NCBI GenBank assembly: GCA_050575255.1
Contig: JBNZDD010013687.1
Coordinates: forward strand, 3,447,377 to 3,511,376
Reading direction: 5' to 3'
Length of the DNA: 64,000 bases
Origin: Harriotta raleighana
Taxonomy: Eukaryota
Position 1 is the first letter of the stretch. The number at the start of each line of letters is the position of its first letter. The position numbers and the translations under genes were made by a program. A model generated the notes under the pieces. That model was not told the origin of the DNA and ran no database searches. It saw only the letters and a program-made list of their open reading frames with translations. Below are positions 52,850-64,000 of the stretch, piece by piece.

Positions 52850-53900
52850 GCAACAGTTACAATGCAAAATTACATTTGTATAGCATCTTTCATGTCAGGT
52901 GGGGTGGGACTTCCCAAGGCACTATATAGTCAGGGATTTGGACCTGGGGTGGGAGGTTGGCTGAAGGCACAGTTTGAGAGGAGGATCTTGTGAGATGTGC
53001 TGTGAAGGAGGTAAGGGAGGAGGGACTAAGGAGAAGAGAATGTGGGATCAAGGTGGGGAGGGCAGGGGTTGTGGAGCAGGCTGGAGACTACTGTGCGGAG
53101 GGAGCAGACTGGTTGATAACGGTTACCAGGTCACAAAGATAGGAAGCGGCTGCGGAGGGCCTTGAGGATGAGGATTTTGAACTGTATCCTCCGAGGGATG
53201 GCGAACCAGTGGAATCTGGCATAGATGGGGCAGATTGGGTCACGGAGCTTGGTGCAGGAGAAAACACAAGCTTCAGAGATCTGGATGATCTGCAGCTTGT
53301 GGAGGGAAGAGTTGGGAAGGCCAACAAGCAGGGAGTTGGCATAATCAAGCCTAGATATGATGAACGAGGATTTTGGTGGCCTGAGTGGGTGAGATAGTCT
53401 TGCAGAGATGGGGAAGTGCAGAGTAGGTCATGCCATGGATGTGGAGGAGAAAAAGCATTTGAGGGGAGAACAAGATGCCCAAGTTCCTGATTGGCTAGGT
53501 GAGGTGGAGTGGCATCCATGGATTGTGATGCTGCCAGTGCCTGAAGTGTGGAGGTGCTGACAGAAGCCAATCAGTATGGCCTTGGTCTTGTTGGCGCTCA
53601 ACTGAAGAAAATTAGCTCTTGTTCAAGACTTGATGTCTGATAGACATTCTGTCAGGACAGCAGTGGTCCTGGAATTGAGAGTGGAGGCAGAGAGATAGAG
53701 TTGGATGTTATCTGTGTACATGTAGAAGCAGATGATATGACCAAGGACAGAGCCCTGAGGAATACTGCGTGATTCAGAGTGGGTGCTGGAGGGGAAGTTC
53801 TTTGTGAAGACAAAGTGAAATAAGTATGAGGGGTAGGATCTGAACCATTCAAGGACAGAACCGTGAAGTTTGATAGGAGAGGAGGATAGAATAGTCAACT
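52850..53900 (-). mobile_element. 5'-truncated L2 LINE with degenerate reverse transcriptase
   Basis: Minus strand gives LHGSVLEWFRSY...SIPQGSVLG...YTDNIQLYLS...LTECLSDIKS, then RLDYANSLLVGLPNSSLHKLQIIQ and FHWFAIPRRIQFKILIL, ending in the family tail at ~52860. Confidence 0.88.
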
Positions 53901-55071
53901 GTAAGTTACTATTTGTGACCTTGTGCTCCAAATACAGCCGTTACATTTAACAGCAATTACCTGCAAAACATGTTGAGATATTTTGATGTTACTGATGCTG
54001 AATCAATTTCAAGAATTTTTAAAGTTTATAATGATAGAGGAATCTAATTGTAGGCCTTTATTCCTGTAGTGTTCACGAATACTGGGAAATATGTTTAAAT
54101 TTGGCACTTTTAGGGAAAAGAGGGACATGTTTCTCTTATTAATACTCATATTAACTATTGGGTAGATAGGACATAACCATAATATTTTCAAATACAAATA
54201 GATGTTTAATATTGTGTGTAATATTAATGCAACCTTTTTAAATTGACAAAAGTTTATATTAATGAAAAGGATTATCTATTTTTAAAAATACATGGCAGTG
54301 TTAAAGCTTTGGTGAACTTCAAAAGTCTCATAATTTACAGTCATTGATGCTCTTAGTAAAATATGAAATGGATGAAGTGAAAAGGTAAGGGAACAAAAAT
54401 TAACACAACATTGTAGTTTAATAAACTTGAAGAAAAACAGGGGACCAGGAGATCAATACTTTACCTCCAGGACTAATAATGAACTTACAATATTTTATTC
54501 TAATTAGCAATTATAATACATTATAACATTATAATAATGTTCCACCTCTGCTTTTTCTTATTGATGCTTTGCTTGTATATTCTCTAGGTTTACACTTTTT
54601 TTTCTTTCCCCTGTGACCTTGAGCAATTCCATCTGCAGTAATCGGAAAGAAAATACTGTAATTTATTGAATGAATGGAAGAAAGATTAGGCCTACTGAAC
54701 TCAAAAGTGGTTCCAAACAGTGTACATTTTTATTAACGTCAAATAGATTTTGGGCTTCTCCTTGAAGATGAAAGTAATTTTCCGAGAAGGGAAGAAATGC
54801 TTCCTGTTGAAAGTAATCACCTCTATGTTAGGTACAAAAATAAACATTTAGTGCAGCCTAGGGTTCCATCTCCTAAGATGCTTGGTGCTCTGGTGGCAAA
54901 TATTATGGGGAAGATTTGGGTGCATGGTTGAGTTACTCCATCCAGTTTATATTGTGCTGACCTGAACTAACATGGGAATTTATCTGGAGCCACCCAATAA
55001 AATAGTGAGGACAGTCATGGCAAATACAAGTGGTATACAATCCCTAGTTATCTCACCCAAATTATATATGT

Positions 55072-55605
55072 AAACAACAACAAGTTGCATTTACATACAG
55101 TCCTTTGTGCGAGTAGGATCGTGAAGCACTTGATGGCGTGGCTTGACACTGAGTTGTAAAGGGAGGAAGGGTAAGTGATGAAGGAGTGATAGAAGAGGAA
55201 GGTGTTCAGGTGTGATCTGAATACAGGCAAAAAAAGGTAAGATGGAAGGATTGAAGCAAGTAGTTTGAGTGGCTGAAAGTCTGGCCTCAAGTTGTGGAAC
55301 AGCGGGGACAAGGGATTTGCTGAATGCTTGAGTCAGGTGAGTGAAGGATATAGGTAGAAGAGTGGGTGATGACCAGATTGGAGATTAGGGAGTTACTAGG
55401 GCATGCAGAAATTTGAAAGAGAGATTGAAGATCATACACTCAATCCATTTTGCAATAACTGGCAAAATCTGGGGTGATGTGGGTATGGGGATTACTATGG
55501 TTTTGATTATGGGCAGAGTTAGACCAATTTGGTTCAGAGTTTTGAATCATTTGGACCTTATTAAGAGTGGATGTGAGGAGACCAATGATGGTTGCATTGG
55601 AATAC
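55072..55605 (-). mobile_element. Degenerate L2-type LINE 3' fragment
   Basis: (CAA)n tail 'aacaacaacaagttgcatttacatacag..gtgaagcac' followed by a purine-rich body. Confidence 0.55.
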
Positions 55606-56524
55606 ATGCACATTCTGGAAATTTGGAAACATTTTCCAATTATAAGAAGAAATGGGACATTGAGAAAAATACACTTGAATCCTTAACTGGTTCAAGTATG
55701 TGGTGGGTTAGCTTCTGCTGTCAGATCACAATCATGTTTCAGCATTAAATTTATGATTTGAATGACAATTATAAAATTGTCATCTTTGACAAAAAATTGA
55801 CATCTTTGATTTTGTTAAATTTTGGTGAAACTTTATATGTTCAGTAACTACTGTATGAAGCTAATGACTATTGTTGCCAGTATTAACTGATCCTTGTGCT
55901 CAATTGCACTGATGATACTGATTTGGAATCCATTTCAATATATAAAACAACTACATTTGTAAAGTACCTTTTTTTAAAAAAAAATGACATTCATCTATGC
56001 CTTCTTTCAAGTGCGATAAAACCTTGAAAAAGTGTCATCACAGCTATATTATCTATAGAAACTTGCATATAAATCTTAAGGAGTGTCACATACTTATCTA
56101 ATAACTCCAGTTTTAAAAAACACTCAGTAAATTTGACCATAAACTAGAAATTAATAATTCTTCCATTGTTTATTGCTGTCTGATTCTGTCTGAAAGACCA
56201 TATCATTCAGAATTTGGCATTGGTATCTGGGTTAAAAATTGAAAACTCAACCAAAACCAATAGTTCCAGCTGTAATGTTTCCCTTTTGATCAGTGAACTC
56301 ATAACAGACCGAAGTTTGAACCAGGTACCACCCTGCTCTGTAAGGCTCAGCTTCTCATTGGATAAACTCAATAAAACTGAACTATGGAAGGGAAAAAGTT
56401 TACTCTATTGTTTTATTAAAAAAAGTTAAAATTTACTTTGCTACTTGAATTATGCTTCTTTTATTAGTCAAAAATATGCAGGCAATAGAGTGAGATGTCT
56501 AATTATTATCACTGCTTAGTGTTG

Positions 56525-56660
56525 GAATAATGCTGTGCGTAATTAGCTCTGTGTTTTGCCCACAAATATAGTCAATTCACTTTACAGTATATTCTGTGAA
56601 GCTCTTTGAGATGTCCAAAAGACGTGAAAAGCGCTATATCAAATGCAAGATTATTATTAT
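56525..56660 (+). mobile_element. SINE 3' part with (TTA)n tail
   Basis: tagtcaattcactttacagtatattctgtgaagctctttgagatg...gacgtgaaaagcgctatatcaaatgcaagattattattat. Confidence 0.78.
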
Positions 56661-57357
56661 GAGAATATTTTGGGAGAATATTTTATGTATCATAAATGAC
56701 TTGCTGGAAAATCTAAATTCTATTGAAATACTATAATGTTTACCTTACTGAAAAAATAACTTGCAAAAGAAAGACAACTTTTATTTCAGTTATAAAAGGA
56801 AAAGTTGATGTCCTTATTTTTTGACGGACAAAGTTGGAATATTTTAATTAAAATGAAATATTACTCTGGTATCTTTGTAAATATAGATGTGACCAAACCA
56901 TTACAGTTCCATCAGAAACATTATAGAGATAATATTTCACATTTTCTTTTTAAATATGCATTTTCTGACTCGAATGCCAATCACAAAGTAAGTGTTTTTT
57001 ATTTGTCTTCTTTGTCATTGATGAATTTTATTTATGTTATGTATGTCATGCATCAATGAATTTACTATGCAGCAATTTAAGGACTATTGGTTTCCAGTTT
57101 GTAAATGCAAATGGAGAAAAATGAGAAAATATGTAAACATTTATTGCGTGTGATTTAAGATAATAATTTACTTGAAAGACATAGTTACTGAATTTACAGA
57201 ATGTGGATCAAAAGTGTCGATTGTTAATACAGAGGAATAATCCAGATCATACAACTCACCCTGTTCACTCATTGCACTGTAATTAAATTGATGAGTGAAT
57301 TATATATCTACATTAAAATAACATTGTGTGACTTCAGGGGGCAAAGTTAGCAAATAT

Positions 57358-57691
57358 ACAATAATAAAAATGGTAAGTTTTATTTGATATAGTACCTTAT
57401 CAAGTCTTGGAGACAACTCAAAGAGCTTCATTAGATGTACTGTAAAGTGGACTGACTGTATTTTTAGCAAATGCAGCAGACAATTGTACAATGTCCCACA
57501 AACAGCCAGGGAATTAATGACATTTTATTGGGAATTGTTTGACCAGGATGGCACTCTGACAATGCAATCCCCCTCCCAACACTGCGTTGGAGTGTCAGCT
57601 TGGATTATGTGATTCCCAGTCGTGATGTGAGGCTTGAAAGACAACTTTTTAACTCGGAGACAAGAGTGTGATCAGTGAGGCAGGGTGACAC
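57358..57691 (-). mobile_element. tRNA-derived SINE
   Basis: Tail 'tatttgatatagtacc...ctcaaagagcttca..tactgtaaagtggactgactg'. Head on the reverse strand: gtgtcaccctgcctcactgatcacactcttgtctccgagttaaaaagttg. Confidence 0.65.
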
Positions 57692-57742
57692 AGCAACCTA
57701 TAAATGTGCAAACTTTTGAGTTGGGTTAACAATTTGCAAATG

Positions 57743-57849
57743 CACATGAGTGCCTTCAATTATGTAATTAAGAGCCAATGTGAAGATTACAAAATCATCT
57801 ATAAACTTTAGGAATGGTGGTTAATTACATAATTGAGGGCACTTGTATG
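57743..57849. repeat. 29-bp inverted repeat with a 49-nt spacer
   Basis: cacatgagtgccttcaattatgtaattaa (57743-57771) versus ttaattacataattgagggcacttgtatg (57821-57849). Confidence 0.8.
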
Positions 57850-58144
57850 TTTTTTGACTCGATTGGTTGAGGAGCTTACAAGAGGGAAGATATTGAAATA
57901 TGGGATCTGTTCCTCTGAGGATGCCAAGATTAAAGTGTACCTGGGAAGCAGTAACAATAGAGTTAAATAAAGAATCAGAAGGGAACCGCTGGATCCTTCA
58001 TTGGGGAATAGAATTATTGAAGAAAAATAGAATTATTTTTAAAATGTGTTACTCTAGACCAAACTTATCGAATGGGAAGAAGATAGGATGGGAGGAGGAA
58101 AGAAAGCCAAGAAGTAACTTGGAACTGAGACTAATAAACCAAGT

Positions 58145-58375
58145 AAACAATAAATATAACAAGAACTACAATTGCATTTATACAGTACTTTTGAGTCTGG
58201 AGGAAATCCCAAGCCACTTGAACAGTCCAAGATTTTCACCTAAGGTGGGGGTTGGATTTGTGGGGGTGGTTGGGGGAAGATGGTCAAAGAGGAATGTCTC
58301 GAGCCAATCTTTAAAGGAGGTTAGGGAAGGGATGAGGACGAAGATGGATTTGGATTTAAGATCAGCCAAAATAGA
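58145..58375 (-). mobile_element. L2-type LINE 3' fragment
   Basis: 'aattgcatttatacagtacttttgagtctggaggaaatcccaagc...gattttcacctaaggtgggg...atggtcaaagagga', homologous to 10820-10960. Confidence 0.6.
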
Positions 58376-60330
58376 ATAGAAAATTTGATTCCAAGAGGGA
58401 TTGCATGAATGACCGTAGGGATTCAGTGTAGTTTTATGAGAAGCAAGATCTATTTAACTAATTACAATTTTAATAAGGAATGTCGCAGCTGGTGGATAAG
58501 AGAAACTGTGTGGATATGATGCATGTACTTTGATTTCAATAAGGCCATTAACAAAATGTCACTTAAGAGATAAGAAACCATTTTCTTAAGTCAGATTTGA
58601 AACAACATTTGCTATTTTCATTCGTTTCACGTTTGATACTGAGCTGAAGAGAAAGAGGAGGAGACTGAAGGCAGGGAGACTGGTTAGGAGGGGCAAATGG
58701 AAGGAATGTGGCAAGGAGTTCCCAAAGCTAGTGGAGTAGTGACGGAAGGCATGATCACTGATTGTGATGGATCAAAAAGAGCTGCATCATGTAAGAGAGG
58801 CCTTGGAAGAAAAATGTGTATTTGCTTAATGCAATTAAGGAATTATTCATGAGACAAACGTACTTTTCAAGTCCAATGAGAATTTCATTTGGCTATTTAG
58901 CCTTTTCTTATGTTTTTCAAATGATGTTAAAATATCAAAAAAATGATCTTGCAATCCCCCAACTAAGGTATTAAGTATGCTCAGCCCCTAGAGGGTAAAT
59001 GTGTAGTTAGGATCTATTAGGTGAGTCAAAGTGAAAATGGAGAATATGGAAAAGAAAAAAGGTTAGGTATTCACATAAATATAGTCATAACACAGTAAAT
59101 CCTATGAAGCACTTTCAGATAATCTGAAATGTGCCAATGTGCTATTTCAAATGCAAAGATTATTATTTGTTGTCTTGCAGTAACTGCAAGATTGCAAGAC
59201 TGCTCTCTAATTTAATCATTTTGATATCTGAAGCTTGGACTAGGTTTGCATGGATCATTAATTATTTTAACTCCGAAATTATGTTTGTATCATATAAAAC
59301 TCCAAAATATATTTAACATAATGTAATGATTGCATTTATGTGCAGTTTTATTCAGTTTGGGGTCTATTTCTGCTAGTTGCATCTGATGTACCCATGTTGT
59401 TATTCTGTGATGATCACATTAAAAACAATTGTATGAAAGTTGTCACTTCAGATTTATCAATAAATGATGTAAAGCTGATTACTGCAGGAAAATAGGATAA
59501 TGCAGTGCATTACAATGTGGTAACATTAGGGGGTCTGGGATCATGTGAGAGCAAAGATTAAGTAATTTACTGATGACATTTTAGCTCTGAGATGTGTTAA
59601 TACCTTGGAATACAATCCAGTGTGTTATTTTGAATAATATTTAGTAACTTAATCATTTCTTGTTTTATTCAGTTTCCCTTCGCTTCTGTGCCTGTCATGG
59701 TGAATGGCAACAGATGGGAGACTTCTGCAACCTAATCACGTGATCTGACAAGAAGTGATATTGTAATTTATGTGAATGATGCATAAGAATACCATAGCTT
59801 CTGTGTATTCTAAATAACTGAACCCACTCTCGCTGAACAAATTATTGAAATTTACTTCTCTTGTAACTTGATATTGTGCCAAATTATTCACCAAAGTGCA
59901 GATTAATAAAGATGGAGAAAAGGAAAACTACTGAAATAAGTGGTGGAACGAAAACAGGTAGAATTGATCTAACTAATATTTTCTTGTTAGTTGAAACTTT
60001 GAACCTCATGGATGTCGGATGTGATTTAGATAGGTAGCTGCTAAGCATATCATACATAAGTAATTTTGCACAAATTGTGGGAGCATTCTCTATGCAAGGT
60101 TCAATTTAGTACAGTAGTAAGCTCAGAATGAGTTAAGCTAAGAGACCAAACTTGATAATATGAAAATAATAATATAATATCTGTTGTATTACCTAACTTT
60201 ACACTATTAATTGGATTCTTGTCGACAGTGCCTCTTATTTGTTTCAGAATTCATTTCATCTTGGTAAAAGTTTTTGCAAAAGGAAAGTTGATTTAGAAAT
60301 TATTTTTGCCACTGTTTCACTTCTTCAAAT

Positions 60331-60445
60331 ATAATAATAATAATAATCCTTGCATTTGATATAGCGCTTTTCACATCTTATCAACGTCCCAAAGCGCTTC
60401 ACAGAATATACTGTAAAGTGAATTGACTGTATGTTTGTGGGCGGA
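60331..60445 (-). mobile_element. SINE 3' part with (TTA)n tail
   Basis: ataataataataataatccttgcatttgatatagcgcttttcaca...cgtcccaaagcgcttcacagaatatactgtaaagtgaattgactg. Confidence 0.8.
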
Positions 60446-63400
60446 TATACTGTGTTAAGAGATAATAATGATTCACAAGTTATCTTTTCTCAATCCTAGA
60501 GGGGTTTTTTTCATCAAGCAAATGATTTATGTTTTTTCTTCTAGTTATTTACTATCATTGCACTGAGATGTTTTCTTCCTCTATCTAACATTATAGATTT
60601 TTGTTGGTAGAAAAGCTTGATGGATTAAATGTATTTCAAAATAAAACCATTACTTTGTTTACAGTTTTAAACATATTTAGAATTGCCTTTTTTTACAATA
60701 GTGGAAGTGCCAAATGAAAAATGGAAGTAATAGAAAATGCAATTACAGTGCAGTTTTATCTATAAAGCCTATCTTCAACTGATGTTAGATGAGTCATATA
60801 GCAAGCCAATGGCCAATTATGAGTTCATGGCTGAAAAAATAATCTTTGCTTATTTTTTAGACTGATGCAAGGTTGTCATTTCATACTTATTTATACTCCT
60901 TTTTTTATGTACTTTTGTCTAGAATAGCAATATTTCTCTGTCAAACTGTGAAAGTTAGAGAACACAAATTGGTGGTTGTTTCCTTCTGAAGTGATGTCGC
61001 AACCACAATTGGATTTTGATGTCAGAAGATTATTGCTCTCTCAAGTATTGTTAATCTTTATAGAGTGGCAAAATGCTAGTGTAGTAAGTGAGTAAAGTTA
61101 ATAATTAAACTTGTATTTACTGCAGTAGTTTGTCCATAATTTCTAATATATTGGTCTTTGATTTCTGAAGTCCACTTGAGTGTGTAATAATGGTTTTGTC
61201 TTTGGGCATTGCACCTAAGCGTCAATATTTTAGTACTCTGGAGGAATCGATATTTGTATTCAGATATCTACTAACTCACTGCAATGAACATTTTCAACAA
61301 CATCAGCAAGTATAGAACTGGGACTTTGGCTTTTGAAGCTTTTATTTTCCTGATTGTTATCAGTCTTTCTATTAATTATCATTCAAAGAGATTATAGTGA
61401 TAAAAAACTTACTAAACTGTTCTTTATTTTTTAGTTGTTTAAAATATAGAAGCAGAGACACAAAATAGCGAGAGAAACAGAGTGTTAAACATTTTTAGAA
61501 AATGCTTATTTTTATGTTGTAGGAAAATAAACAAAATTTAATGTATCCTAATATTTACATGTAATTTTGCTTTTCTGAAGATCGCATGATATAGTTTCAT
61601 GCTCGTGTAGCCGTCTTATTTCTTTAATAATTGCTTTCATGTGAATTTGGCCTTCCCTATGAAAGTGTAGGTCAATAACAATGGGTGCATTCCAAATTTC
61701 ATGATCTGTGTAGTGGAACAAATTGAAAGCAAGGCCTGTATCAATCACGATGAAGGGAGGGTTAATTGTTGCTGCTTCACAAAGCTCTGGACAGATAAAC
61801 CTGTAATCGAATAGTTATGTCAATGTATTTTTTGGTCACTCAGGAATAAAACAATTTAAGAGATTGTATGGAAATTAAAATTGAGGGATCAAGAGACAAT
61901 GGTGTGTAAGTAAACTGAGTTCTATATTTATGTACATTATACATGTATGAAGTGCATTGTCTTTTAAATTGCATTTTGTTGAGCTTCAGTTTCCTCCTAC
62001 CAAAGTGGCAGCTTAATGGATTTTGCTTATTTACTACAACAGCAGTAACAACAAATTACATTTATATAGAACTTTTCTCGTAGAATCAATGTCTTGAAAT
62101 ACAATATGATTTTTGGAAGAGAATTCAAGAGAGCAGGGTAAAGTGTTTGAAAGTTTGGCTTCAAAAGGTTTGTGCTATTCTATGTTCATGGGCAAAATTG
62201 TAATTATGAAGTTAATGGATGTGGGTTTTCCCAAATTCCCACCAATGTTGTCAATCTTGGCCTTGCTGTAGTGAGAGATACCAAAAGGTGATTACAAATT
62301 ATCTGTGGAACATCACGAGTGGAGGCCTGAAATTAGGTTAGTTATGACCATTCTTTGAGACCGAACAATAAAGCTGACTCTTCTGTTTTAAAATACGTGT
62401 ATAAATTCTTGAATCTTGTATATTATTTGAAATTAATATTATTCAGTAATTGAATTCTGTGAATATGTCATTATTTCTGGAACTTTAATTATTTATTTTT
62501 GCATTTTAGTAAACTATATACATGGTTCGTAATGGTATACAGTATATGGATTTATTAATGGCTTTCCTTTTAAGATCTGTTCAATGTTTTTGCACAAATT
62601 AATGGCATACAAAACAGTTACTTGAAAGACAGGTAAAATGATTGTCATCAAAATGAAAAATATGTGGCCCATTTAAGTAAATGGAACTGTAAGGAAATTG
62701 GTTTTAAAAATGAGAAATGAATGCTACATTTTATTTAAAATAGTATTTCTAGGTTATTTAATTTCTGCTTGCATTGAATGTTAAATTTGTGTGGGGCAGT
62801 TGAGCATAAATATCTACAAAATGATTTGCTATAATTGTAGTATTAGGTTTGTCAGCTATCATAGCACAGTCAGTAGTTCTGAAAATTAATAAGGATGATG
62901 ATACTTTAAAGACTGTTCCAGAGTTTGCCCAAACTCATTAGGTTAGCCTATCTTTAAAATGTCTGTTAAGACTTTCTAATAGAGCAAACACTTTCCTGCT
63001 CTACCAGCATTTCCATGAATGTAAATGTATATCACTCCAAATGTGTATTGCACTGAAATCCACAAAACATCGTATTGAATCAAAATAAATCAAAGGCATC
63101 ATTATGAGTTGTGCTCTTTGAATATTTTTTACATTCATAAATTAAGAACATGTGTATATCGGTAATTCATAATTGATGTAAAACTTGAACTATCAAAAAT
63201 ATAATTGAAGAGAAAAAGTGCTAGGTAAAATATAACAAAAATAAGTTAGGAAATGCACTATAAAATGATACGTAAGTGTCTTGGAGAAAATGGTAATGTT
63301 TGGGGTGTGACCCTTTGTTGCATGGACACATACAGAACATTAAGATACAATTTGTTGTTGGTTGCTGTTTGACATAATATGCATGACCAGCTTTTTCTGT

Positions 63401-64000
63401 TTTATGTTTCTAGTAGTGTTGTTATTGCTAAATATAGCTTTTGTAGCCTTGTAGCAGTATTTTCCAACTAAATTGCATACAATTGGTTTTTAAATGTCTA
63501 CACACATTCTTTAACATTATAGATAACATGGAATAACGTAAAAAATAACTTCCAATTTTCACTCATGCATTATTTATCAAATATATCAATTTTTCAAAAT
63601 GTTTTCATTTGGAAAAGAAAGATGAGAATTTTTTACATTGGGGAAAGGAATTTCTACAAACGGTTAAATTACATTATAAATATTGTTGATCTTGGCTGCT
63701 ATGGCATTGAAGTATTAATGTTTATAACTTAATTGCAACCATTTTGATCTCCCAAGTAATTGGTAATATAATTTTTCAAACATTGCAATTAAAATTAGGC
63801 TCTTCCAGCCAGACCACTTACCTTGGTTTTACTCATTTGAAACCTAATTCATTCCTCCTGTCATTACCATTTATACCTGTCTGTCTTCATGGAATTTGCA
63901 GAAAGGAAAGGAAAAAGCAAGTGACAAAGAGCAGGACCAATAGAGGGGAAATAGAAAATTACCTTAGTACTGTATAAAGCAGAGCTTGTTTGTATCATAC

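Noticed and set aside
53088-53931. Minus-strand ORFs of 160 aa and 102 aa as host genes
   Set aside because: They are frameshifted fragments of an L2 reverse transcriptase.
48093-64000. Downstream NPAS3 exons (ITAQHPLP... or the bHLH exon LQALRKEKSRDAARSRR)
   Set aside because: Not found by eye; they probably lie beyond the window in a long first intron.
1-64000. CRISPR arrays, rRNA or intact tRNA genes
   Set aside because: This is a eukaryotic locus with no regularly spaced repeat-spacer array. The tRNA-like motifs are degenerate SINE heads.

Overview
AT-rich vertebrate genomic DNA. The SINE/L2/CR1 repeat content suggests a cartilaginous fish such as a chimaera (inference). The window holds the 3' half of AKAP6 (mAKAP), followed on the same strand by the promoter region and two alternative first coding exons of NPAS3, the same order as human 14q12-13. 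AKAP6 appears as three short phase-0 exons plus a 3.75-kb exon carrying the PKA-RII helix. Main observation: the large exon has a perfect splice donor just before its stop codon. A 35-nt micro-exon (optionally preceded by a 141-nt exon) links it in frame to a terminal exon at 35370-35649 that encodes a complete KASH domain (TM helix plus a luminal peptide ending C-x6-F...P-x-L-x-Y-x-x-GPPPF-stop). Mammalian AKAP6 has no KASH domain and docks on nesprin-1. This locus therefore looks like a self-anchoring, nesprin-like AKAP6 with splice and polyadenylation routes to KASH-less forms. The rest is intronic or intergenic sequence with tRNA-derived SINEs, L2/CR1 relics, two ~110-120 bp direct duplications, a solo-LTR-like element and three assembly gaps. 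Homologies were recognised from memory and no search was run.
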